Of a DNA stretch of 62,200 nucleotides, positions 46,995-57,900 are shown piece after piece. The stretch's first letter is position 1. Each line of letters opens with the position of its first letter. The notes below the pieces were generated by a model, which ran no database searches, had not been told where the DNA came from, and saw only the letters and a program-made list of their open reading frames with translations. The position numbers were made by a program, and so were the translations under genes. This DNA is from Craspedostauros australis (Eukaryota): the NCBI GenBank assembly GCA_030167865.1, contig JALAGF010000009.1, forward strand, positions 1 to 62,200, read 5' to 3'.

Positions 46995-48186
46995 TGCGGC
47001 ATCGAGCCGTGTTCGTGCTCAACCTCGCGAAATGCTGCTGCTTCGTGGATTGCGACGCGGTGGCAGAGACGGCGAGGAAGCGCTACGGAATGTCACAGCG
47101 TGGTTTCACCATGGGCAAGATCGATGGAAGCAAAGCGGGCGAAATGGTCAGGCAGGTGTGGAGATCCAGAGGCACACTTGGCGCTGACGGAAGCAACAAA
47201 ACGCGATTTCGCAGAATGAGCTTGTTTGGTGCACCAATTCGATGATGACATTTATCACATAGTTTAGTTCTTTGGTTGAACCGATCTGACACAATGGTCA
47301 TACGTACGAGTGCACAGAGCGTTGCTCGATGCTACAGCACAATGCGAGTGCTTTGTTGTGACCTTGCGTGCACTTCTACATACTCGTACATATTATCCGA
47401 TTATCATGCTGCGTGCCAATGGACAACCTGCTCAGGGATGCGCGTACTGGAATGGAAGGAGGTCAACTAGAAGCACCAAACAAATATGCGAACATACGAT
47501 ATCCGCAAGGTGCATCCGTGCTGCCAGTGTTGTTGTTGCTCATGCTCAACACTGTAAAATGATCTCTGCTGCAGTAAAATATATTGCATTATCTTGTATG
47601 ATACTCCTTCTCTTGTCCGCAAGAGAGTGTTGGCACCGACTGCACTCCATCAGTTCCCACACGCAATCGATGCTGCGATTGTCTCTTCAATGCAACTTCG
47701 GGATATTGGCAACATCATCCATCCAGATAATACGAGTATGAGGCAGGCTGTCCGCAATCCTTTGCAATGCATCTGTGCGCCATGATCTCGTTTACCGCAA
47801 GAATCTCCATCCCACTTGCAGAGCACTGCACCGCACTGATCTACCAGTATGTACTCATGCTTCCGTCTTCGCATGGATTGGCTTGACCTCTCTGCTGTCA
47901 CAACCGTTAAACAGAATAAAAGCGGGTGCAATTTGCATTGGGTTGGCGACGGGCCTCTGCAATTCTTGGTGCTGATATGTTCATGCAGAAACATGCGACA
48001 ACGTCTGGTGAGCATCTCCACACTCGCAGACACCCAGTGACAAATCAAATCCAAATCCATCTTCTGCGTGCACCGCCACCCGTATCCGTATCTGCGTCGA
48101 CATCGAGATCGACATCGCAGCATGGTACCATACCCGTACGAAACTTCAGAGACGACGATCCAAAGCAGTTTGCTGCGCGTCGCTCA

Positions 48187-48683
48187 TTACATCGGCTGCT
48201 TCTGCTGCAACGGTGGCAGCGGATCGTGCGGGTCGCTGGTCCACTTGGCATCGTCGTAGTCGCCCACCATGCACACTGTATCGCCGCGGATGACATACAG
48301 TCCAAGATCGACCAATTCCACTTCGGCCTCGTCGCTATATATCCGTTCCTTGGCGTCCTTGAGGATGAGGTTCTGAACCTGGTCGTATCCCTCCAGCACA
48401 CCCAAGATGACACGCCCGTCACTTGTGATGATGCATAATGATTCTGTCGTGGTCGGCGGAGATGATGAGAGGAGTTAATGAGAGGAAGAGCCAGATGGGA
48501 CGTCGGTGAGTTGGTAGTCTTGGAAGGCTATGGACGATGCAAGGAAGGAAACCAAGCGGCATACCCCGCGCCGAAATGAATCAAAGATGGATGCGCATTC
48601 GCAGCTACGCTATTCTAACAGTGTGCATGTGATCTCAGAAGCACGAACTCACCACCTGTCCATTCCTTCAGTGTTGCCGCCAT
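48187..48683 (-). CDS. LSM8: U6 snRNA-associated Sm-like protein LSm8; exons 48683-48653, 48443-48187
   Basis: Spliced product MAATLKEWTGESLCIITSDGRVILGVLEGYDQVQNLILKDAKERIYS...LGLYVIRGDTVCMVG. GTGAGT donor and CAG acceptor. Confidence 0.9.
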
Positions 48684-49346
48684 GATTGCTGTGTGTGAGA
48701 TTCGGTCCAAAGAGCGCTGTCGTTTACGAGTGATTATCGTGATTTATTGGCGACGTGTGTTGAGGTCTGCTGTGGTCTTCTATTCCAACTTGAATTGTAA
48801 ATTGTGAATCGCTGCTATTCCACGGACGTGGTTGGTGTTGGTGTTGGCCTTGGAGTTGGTAGTGCTGGTGGAGGTGTTGCTATGGTATTATTCTATTATA
48901 CCATGCTCATACAATGTCGTCGTCCTCTGCAGAGAATGGCGTCCCACCATGTTGGGTTTGATGCCGCGCACAAGATCTCCAGGCACACCCATCAAGAACA
49001 CCAAAAGCCATCCGCGAGAGATGGTTGGTTGTACAAATCCGATTGAAGCTTGAAATGGGTCACGAATCAATCGTTTTCGTTGATCTCTGTCTCTCTAGAT
49101 TGACTAGCATCAGCGTGTTGTTCTGTGTTGTCAAGATAGACACGATTAACTTTCGAACGACTGAAAACTGCCCAAGCCATTTTAATGTCCGTAATCTGTA
49201 TTTACCGTTTCTCCTCTATCGTGGTTGTTCGAGCAACGACTTGTTTGTTGATTGGTTGTTTGCCCACTTCTGCACACTATTATCACCACATCGCGTGAAG
49301 CCGGGCTCGCACGCCATCCGATCACAATCAGCCACGGACCAAAGAC

Positions 49347-49406
49347 CAACAGCAGTAGCAACAGCAGTAGCAACAGCAGTAGCAACAGCAGTAGCAACAG
49401 CAGTAG
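49347..49406 (+). repeat. Perfect 12-bp tandem repeat (CAACAGCAGTAG)x5 upstream of the SMS-like gene
   Basis: Directly visible. It is separated from the downstream ORF by an in-frame TGA at 49452. Confidence 0.9.
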
Positions 49407-49478
49407 CAACAGCAACAACTGGTAGTCCACGTTTTGAGGGAGACGTTGAACTGAGGTGGATTCAATCGAAGCACGAGC

Positions 49479-51263
49479 ATGATGGCGTTGCACAGGAGAC
49501 AAGGAAAGGCATCCTCATCAACGGCGGCAACGCCACCAACGACATCGGAGGATGGCGACCATGAAATGGCAATGGACCACGCTGGTATCAACAGCACTGG
49601 CAGCAGCGGCAGCAGCCACCTCCACTATTCACAGTCAGCCAGCGTGACACCCACCAAAGGACATGACGAAAAGTTGAAGCCATCAGCTGGTTTCGGCGCG
49701 GTGCCAAGGAGATACATCTGGCTGGTCATCATCGCGTGCCAGTGCGCTCTGGCAGCATTCATGCTGTCCAGATCGTCCAGGAGCATCCGATCCACCAACC
49801 ACGCCGCCTGGATTGTGGCCTCCACGTTGGTGTTCTCTCTGCCGATCTTCATGCTGGCCATGGTGGGTCTTGGGTTGACGACGTCTCGGAACGGCAACAC
49901 GAATGGCAGTGCCAGTTTTAGCGGCACACCAGGAAATCAGACTCTCCTGCATCCGCATCAGCAATACATCCCGCTGGCGATGCTGGCGACCATTCTCAGC
50001 AACAGCCTGCCGACGCTCTTGACGACTGCATGCGCCAGTGTTTCGCTTCTCCTGTTTGGATTGCTTTCGAGGCCAAACGATGAACCAGTCGTCGGTGGAT
50101 CCAACCAACGTCGTCACCGTCACACGTCGGCGGCAGCAGCATCAGCGTCAACAGATCAACAGCAGTCGCAGTCGCAGTCGCAGCCACAAGGACTGGGACA
50201 TGGTCAGCCAGCGTCACCATTCAGCTCCAGGCAAAGTGCCATGGCAACAATGTACGCCATCTTGCTCATGATCGCCGTGCTGCTCGTGGAGAACTTTTGC
50301 GTCTGGGTGGTCTCGGCATCTTACGCTCCCAGTCACAACCGCAGCACGCTGCCGGATCCCTTGCAGGATAATGGACAGCTGGCCATGAAGTTCTTCTTCA
50401 ACAGCGTCATCAGCATCTCCAAGGCCAACGTCGTGAAGATCAGGAACATCATCAACGTCCAGTGGGCGCTTGTCACCGGACTCGGCCTCTCCTTCGTCAC
50501 CATCGTGGTCTACGGACCCACCCTGCACCGCAACATCCTCAAACTTGGACGTCGCACAGTGCTGGCCTTGGCGTTGTCGCGGTTTTTGCGCACCATCAGC
50601 TTCCTCATCACGGTACTGCCATCTCAGAACAAGTACTGCTACTTTTCTAGATTCCCTGACCCGCCACCGACCGAATGGAAGCCATGGATCCAGCAGGGCA
50701 TGGTTCCCTACAGCCATGGCGGTTGCAACGACCTCATTATCAGCGGACATGCCACTGCCACGGCGACGCTGGCGTGTCTCATCGTCTCCACCGTCAACAA
50801 GCCGACCTTCACCGTCGCGCTTTGGTCCTTGGTGGCGATGGATTACATGGTGGAGGTGTACGAAGGCTTCCATTACTCCGTCGATATGTGGTTGGGATGC
50901 GTCCTCGCCAACTTCACCTGGAACATGTTTGCCTTCGTCGAGGATGAGTACATGGCGCATAATGCTGCCATTGCTGCAGGCTTGTCATTGTCCAGCAACA
51001 GCAGTGGCAGCAGCAACGGCAAGAGCCGGGCATCCTTCAAGCCCATCCACCAAGTGACCACGATGGAATTGATCTGGTACGCAATGCCTGCCGCGGGATG
51101 CTTTCTGCAGGTCGGCAAGATCTTTCCACGTGAGATGGGGAATTACACCATCATTGCGTATGTGATTGCTACAATCGGTTTGGTGGCCCGATCTGGATTT
51201 GATCAGTATGCCCTGCACACAATGTTCTGCGTCCTGTACATAACGCTGGGCGTGTACTTGTGA
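49479..51263 (+). CDS. Sphingomyelin synthase / IPC synthase-like (PAP2_C) multi-pass membrane protein
   Basis: LRTISFLITVLPS, GGCNDLIISGH (D3) and HYSVD (D4) catalytic motifs, PDPLQDNG, many TM segments. Confidence 0.8.
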   Translation: MMALHRRQGKASSSTAATPPTTSEDGDHEMAMDHAGINSTGSSGSSHLHYSQSASVTPTKGHDEKLKPSAGFGAVPRRYIWLVIIACQCALAAFMLSRSSRSIRSTNHAAWIVASTLVFSLPIFMLAMVGLGLTTSRNGNTNGSASFSGTPGNQTLLHPHQQYIPLAMLATILSNSLPTLLTTACASVSLLLFGLLSRPNDEPVVGGSNQRRHRHTSAAAASASTDQQQSQSQSQPQGLGHGQPASPFSSRQSAMATMYAILLMIAVLLVENFCVWVVSASYAPSHNRSTLPDPLQDNGQLAMKFFFNSVISISKANVVKIRNIINVQWALVTGLGLSFVTIVVYGPTLHRNILKLGRRTVLALALSRFLRTISFLITVLPSQNKYCYFSRFPDPPPTEWKPWIQQGMVPYSHGGCNDLIISGHATATATLACLIVSTVNKPTFTVALWSLVAMDYMVEVYEGFHYSVDMWLGCVLANFTWNMFAFVEDEYMAHNAAIAAGLSLSSNSSGSSNGKSRASFKPIHQVTTMELIWYAMPAAGCFLQVGKIFPREMGNYTIIAYVIATIGLVARSGFDQYALHTMFCVLYITLGVYL

Positions 51264-51567
51264 AGAAGCCATGACATTCTGCTCTGCTCTCCAGAGTACC
51301 GATACTCCCTCTCAAACACCGCCTCGCACGGTACGAGACGAGATACAATCGCTGCTGTTGCAATAGACAATACTGATACACACAGTAGAGCGAGTATCAA
51401 AAGAAGATTACTCGCATTGCGCTTAAAGAACGAATTTATGATAGAATGTCAAAAATACAACAACAATAACATGACAATGCGCTGGTGCTTGTTGTTCTGC
51501 TTGCCTGCGTGTGGGTCGGCCGGTCGGTCTGTATCAATCTCTCACTCTCTCTTTGCTTGCTCCCTCT

Positions 51568-53824
51568 CTAAATAATATCCCCGTCATCATCAGACGCCAT
51601 CATCGCCCTGGAGATACCGCCACTACCATTGCCACTGCCGCCCGAAGGCCCGTCACGTGGCGTCGTCAGATTCAAGAAGGAGAATCGCTCGTAGGTGGAC
51701 TTGGTGCTGGCGGTGGATTGGGATTGGATGGGGTTTCCCACGCCGCGTGGCAGATGCTTCTCGTACCAGTGGTTGGCGATCTCCTCGCGGGTGCAAATCC
51801 ACACCTCGCGACCGTAGCTCTTGGCATATTCCACGAACTCTGCCAAGGCAGCAACGCGTGCTGGGCGCGCCAGTCTGCAATGCAAACCGACGCTCATCAT
51901 CTTGGGACTGCCGGCACGTCCTTCCTCGACGAGGAATCTGTATGATGCATCATGGAATGAATGCACGCGTTTGAGTTGTAGTATTTGAGAAGAATGGGAA
52001 GTAGTATCCAACGTGGAATAGCAGAATTGTTGAGAGCCGCAACATAGATATGTGCAAACAATTATGAGGCAAGAGAAGGCGCAGAAGACGAATAAAGCGA
52101 GAGAGAGAGAGAGAGAGAGACAGGAATGACGGCACCGTCATTTTGACGCCGTTTTCATTTCAACAACACGCAAAAAGCAATGCGCTTTTGGATGCCTCTC
52201 TTCGCCTGCAAATGTGGCTGGCGCCACATGGATGTATGTATGGGAAGGATGCTTTCACTCACCTCAACGTCTCCTTCAAATGTCTGCTGAAATCCGCGGC
52301 ATCCGAATATCCGCCGCTGGTGGAAACAAATCGCATGTCATTCTCAGTGAGCGTGTACGGAATCACGAGATGTGGACGCCCCGATGCGTACTCCATGTTC
52401 CAGTATGGCAGATCATCACTGTAGGAATCGGAATCGTAGAGGAAACCACCTTCCTCCACGACGAGGCGGCGGGTGTTTTCATTCGGCTTGCCTTGGTAGA
52501 TGCCGACGGGGCGCTTGCCGAGCAGGTTCTCATGGATCTCGATGGTGCGTTCGATGTGTTCACGTTCAGTCTCTGTGTCGATGCCCTTGGAATAATCCAA
52601 CCAACGGTATCCGTGCGACGCGACCTCCCATTCTGCTTCCTTCATGGCACCGACTGCTTCGATGTTGCGTTGCTTCAATTGTGATAAAGATGATGACAAT
52701 GGCGATGACAATGACGATTGCATTGGCATCGACATGGAATCGTGCATGGACGGATGAGCACGTTGAATGAGTGAGTGAGCAAGTGAGCACATGCCTGAGC
52801 GAAAGGACAAATGAATGACCAATTCCAACACTGAGATGCCATGTCGCCCGACTTAGACTCTCTGCAAATGCGACAACTCCAGCCGCTACAGGCAGGGATG
52901 AACAGGTGCGAAATCGAATTGCGTGGTTGGTTTTGGTCGCGAGACATCAAGCAAAGACACTGCTGCGCCCCCTTGATGTCTCCACCAACCCAAGCAATTT
53001 GTGGCGAACTCGAAAAACACATCATGTCCACCCATGTCATGAAGATGATAGAAATCCTCATGAATGGTCCTGTGTGCTGAAGTGGATCAGACTTTGCAAC
53101 GCAATAAAATGGTGGAGCATGGTATGGGATCATGGCGAAAACATGACGAACAGCAATTCTGCACATACCAAGGCCATGCCCACTCCAAAGACGGTGACGG
53201 GCACCTTTTTGGACGTGAAGAGCCGATGGAGCCTCCAAAATCCACATCTTGACCCGTACTCGTACATGCTCTCCATGTTCATGTTGCGTCCACCCTCTGT
53301 GGCCGTTGCAATTCAGGGACGAGGATTTCGGTCGTTGCAATGCATGATGCAACAAGTGCGTGTATGATGGATGTACAGCAGGGATGCATGGCAGAGATTG
53401 AGAGTGAGATTCGTGTGAAGAAGGGAGCGCAAACTATAACATGACAATAACATTCGAGTACAACATACTCCCATGATATGTGCACTTTGACACTTGTATC
53501 TGTTCGTCCTTGCTTGACATGCATGGGTGCCATCGCTGCTGATGGTAGAGAACAGATCATGACCCGCTGTCCAAACTATTATGGCATACACATACCTTCG
53601 GGCACGGCTCCAGGGATATCCGAGAGGAGATGCTCGCTTTGTCCATCGCCGTGCAAGGTGCAGCTCTCTCCACCCTCCTCGTAGTTGATCACGAAGTTCA
53701 GCGCCAGCTTGGCGTTGCGCGGCCAATGGGGCTGCGGTGGATTGCGGCCGTACCCCGACACGTCCCGTCCACCATAAATCCGCTTGCCGTCGTTTTCATG
53801 CTCGCTCTTCCAAACGCCGCTCAT
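51568..53824 (-). CDS. puuE: PuuE-type allantoinase (polysaccharide deacetylase family); exons 53824-53596, 53296-53169, 52672-52263, 51937-51568
   Basis: YGRNPPQPHWP, LNFVINYEEGGE, MESMYEYGSRCGFWRL, EVASHGYRW, YDSDSYSDDLPYW, PYTLTENDMRF and MMSVGLHCRL. All three introns keep the frame. Confidence 0.87.
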
Positions 53825-54589
53825 GGTTCTATCTTCTTTGCACGGGTTGTGTATGGTAGGTGCTCTCGCGCGTGCCTGGCTTTTTGTTGTTGCCGTTGCT
53901 GTTGTTGCTGCTGTCTCTGCGCGGACGACTGATCTGGGCGGATTGTATTCGGTCGATGAATCAATCAATGGATGCTTTCTTCTTTTGTTTGCTTTGGTTT
54001 GCTTCTAATGCTCTTGTTGGGGGAGGAGCGATTGTCGTCGTCGACTGCTTTGTGCGCTCTCTGTGCTGTTTTGTTGCCCTTCTCGTGTGATGTCTGCACC
54101 CATCCGCGCTCTTCTGTGTACCTCCACCACATGCCACACCACACGAACTGGACAAAGCGAGGATCCAGAACGCATCTTGTCGTTGCAAAGTTTCGGTGCG
54201 AACGGATCGGAATGTGGAGGATCTCGAAACGTTTGTGACGACAAGTGACATAATTTCGGTCATTCTCAGACAAGAGACACGAAGGATGTCTCCGACTCGT
54301 CCGAGTCATCCAAACCAACCAATCTTTGGCGCCAAGAAAACGGCAAACATGATGCTTGAAACAAAATCAAGGAAACAGGTTCTGCATCATCTCCAGTGCT
54401 CCTTCCATCCTCCTTCTGCCTGCGTCGCATCCGTACTGCCTGTGCTGATAATAGTCGTACGTGCACTTCCATGAATTCCCCCTTCTTTGGATCACTGCTT
54501 GCTCCGCATCCAATTACGACTGTAGTACAACCACACTTCTGCTCGTACCGACGCCCACAGGTCCCTCCATTCCATCCCACCCAGAATCA

Positions 54590-54790
54590 ATGCCGAAGCG
54601 AAAAACAGTGGTGCACCAGCCAGGCGTCAAGGCGCCTCGGCAAAAGATCATCTCCATGCTCTCCAAGGAACAGCAGCAGCAGCAGAAGCAACACAGCACC
54701 CAGTCCAAGAACTTGAGCGTGGATGAGATGGTGCAATGCGTTGCACTGCGAGACTTCCGCAAGGAGATCGAAATCATATTAGCCGAGTAG
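54590..54790 (+). CDS. Candidate 66-aa small protein (MPKRKTVVHQPG...DFRKEIEIILAE)
   Basis: ATG follows a CA-rich leader. Poly-Q linker and amphipathic C-terminal helix, followed by an AT-rich 3' region. No family recognised. Confidence 0.35.
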   Translation: MPKRKTVVHQPGVKAPRQKIISMLSKEQQQQQKQHSTQSKNLSVDEMVQCVALRDFRKEIEIILAE

Positions 54791-54976
54791 ACCAACGCAG
54801 AGTAATTGTACGAGCGTCCACACAACACAAACAATACGAGGATCGAAAGCAAGACAAACAGAAGAATGCTCGAGTTCTCCACTCTGGATGTACAGTAATG
54901 TGCTAGAGAAATTATATGACCATTTAATAGAATATCATATTGTATAATAATGAAGTAATGACACAGTGCCATTATT

Positions 54977-57900
54977 TCATGACAGGCCAAGATCCAACTT
55001 GAGGTGTTTGCTGGCTACGGGAATGTCCACCACTGTGTTGTTACGGAACTTGACTCGGACCATCGTTCCGGCGGAAGGCGAAGCCGATGGCGGCGGTGGC
55101 TTTAGCACGATGCCTTTCCCCCTCTTTGTGTGAACGACGTCGGATCCAACGGGAAAGAGCCATGAGAAATCTCTCGTTGGGGGTAGATTAGATGAACCAC
55201 CAGGACTGGACCTTGGATGTGCAGAAGCGGACGACGCGGATGCAGGGTACTGATTCGATCCATATGAATACGTGTAGTCCTCGTCTGGTCCTTTCGTCGT
55301 GCTCTTGTGTTGCGCCCTTCTCTTCGGCGGAGGTGGTGACGACGTAGAAGACTCTGGCTGCTGTGGATGCTGTTGTTGCGCAGAGGAAGCGCTCATAGTC
55401 CGCCGCCTCGATGGATCGGAGAGTGAATGTGATTCCGACCTACTCTGGCTGCTGAAATCCTGAGTTTGGCTTCGGTGAGTTGTTGGTGAGGCATCTCGCT
55501 GTCGTGGGCCATCGTTGTGTGAGCCATTGTATGCACCATTGTACCCGCCATCAGGATGACCCTTCCTTGCGCCACCGTAGTCCGAATGAGTTCCATTCGC
55601 ATGCGGTCGATCCTGCCTATCTATACCCAGCTTCGACGACGATACGTCGGCACGACGCAGGAAGTTCCCGATGGCCTCCTGGCCACAATCTGGCGATGCC
55701 GATTTGGAGTTTTGCGATGATTCGGACACCGGTGTTGATTTCTTCTTCTTTTTCTTCTTCTTCTTCTTGACCACAGGCTGGTCTGTTGATGATGATGTCC
55801 ACCGTCGAATGTGACCGTCCTGCGTGCCTCCACCTCGTTGAGCGTCGCGTTTCATTCCGGTTGCACCTCGCGGGCCTGCTGACGCCGACGTGGAGCGACG
55901 AGACTTTCCCTTCGCGGATGGTGCTGTCGACATGATTGAATCCAAGAATCGACTCCTCTTCATCGTCTTGTGCGTAAACTTCATGGGGCCGTTGGAGAGG
56001 AATATCATCACCTCCTTCCTCCATGTCATGATCAGCTCCGTCTTCGCGCGCGTCATGGCGACGTAGCACAAGCGCTTCTCTTCCTCCAACGGCGTCGAAT
56101 CGTCAGCCCCCAGGATGGCCATCTGGTTTGGCAGAGTCCCATCTTCGACACCTGCAAGGAAGACGACATCAAACTCCATGCCCTTGCTGGCGTGGATGGT
56201 CATCAAGTTGACGACAACGCGATCCTCGTGGTTTTCGTTATCCGCATTCTCGCCGGCAATGTCAGACACCAAGGCGATATCATCCATGAATGAGATAAGG
56301 CCTGATTCCATATCGATTTCGTCGTCGTCATCTTCATCAGCGTCATCATTGCCACCATCTCCACCTTGGCTAACATTCGTTGTATCATCTCCACGATCGC
56401 TATCGCTATCGCTATCACGATCACCCCCATTTAAGGCTGTCCCATTGGTGCCATACCGCTGTGCGGCCTTCAACAACTCTTCCACATTTGACATGCGATC
56501 CTGGAATTCGACTTTTGATTTGGAGATGTCATTGAAGTGCTTTTGCAAATCCATTTCTTCGATGATGAAGGAAAGCAGTTCATCAACAGTCACTGTGTGG
56601 GACTTATCCTGGATGAGCCGCATCTGGCGAGAAAACGAGAGGAAGTTGGTCCATGCGCGTTTTGCGAGTTTTGTGGTTGGGGACGGTGCGCCATCCAGTA
56701 AGCTGTTGATGTGGGATTGCAATCCTTCCTCAAATTGATCGGCAGTGAACCAAAGCAGCACATCGAGGGGCGATGGGCGAGGTTCGGTGGGATAGGTCTG
56801 TGCGAAGTATTGTTCGACGTCCTCGCAATAGTCTTCGAACTGTTGCACGGACACACCGCCAAGTCCTTTCGGTGGTGTCTTAAATGCACGCAGCATGGAT
56901 CCTTGATCACGGCCGTTGACGAGCCAGCGCAGGAAGCACAGGCAGTCCTTGATCTCAGCGCGTTTGTAGAATCCGCCCGAGGCACCGCGCATCACGTATG
57001 GGAGGCTGTTCGCCACGCAAGCTTCCTCGAAAAATCGGGATTGGGCGTTCGTGCGGTAAATAACCGCCACCGTCTGATCGCTCTGGATGGTGCCATCCTC
57101 GATCTTGTCAAGGATGCTATTCACGACGAATTTGGCCTCCGCGGGGCCATCTGCGCAGGCCACCACGCGTGGGCTTGGTCCCTTGCCTCGCTGCGGCTTC
57201 ATTGCTTGCCGCAAGGCGCTGTTCTGCTTGTTGTTATCGCTTTCATCGCCGCAGCCCGAATTGATGACCTTCTGTGCGGCTTTGACGATGTTGGCTGTGG
57301 AGCGGTAGTTTTCCATGAGGTGAAAGGTTTGAACCTCACCGAGAACGTGCTTGAAGGTCTCGGCGAAGTCTGCCAAGCTTCCGACGTGCGCACCTCTCCA
57401 GGAGTAGATGGACTGATCGGCATCACCAACGACAAAGAGACTCGATGAAGTGATCATCTTGACAATGTCAAGCTGCACCAGGGAGGTGTCCTGAAATTCA
57501 TCCACCAGGATGTGGGTATACCGACGGCGCAACCGTTCTCGAACCTCATCATTTAACATGAGCATTTCCCTGGTAAGGAAGAGCAGGTCGTCAAAGTCCA
57601 TAGCATTGTTACCGAAGAGTTTCTGGCGGTATTCTGCGTACACAGTGTCCGCGATCCTCCACTTGGGCCTGTTTTTCTGCTTGGAACGCTTGCCCAAAAA
57701 GGGGTGTTTCCCGTTCAGGGCGTAGCCTTCGCGTATTTCGCCCACGGCATTGAGGACATCCATGATCTTGATGTCTTTGTAGCTGCTCAACTCGATCCCC
57801 TTTTCCACCAGGCATTCCTTCAGAATCCGCATCTGCTCTGCCTGGTCGGCGATGGAGAATTGGTTATCAACTGGGAAGGCAACATTGCCGTTGTTGTCAT

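Noticed and set aside
47242-47289. ATGATGA...CTGA box C/D-like pair
   Set aside because: The span is only ~48 nt, with no terminal stem and no recognisable rRNA guide.
49347-49406. Direct repeats as a possible CRISPR array
   Set aside because: Head-to-tail 12-mers with no spacers.
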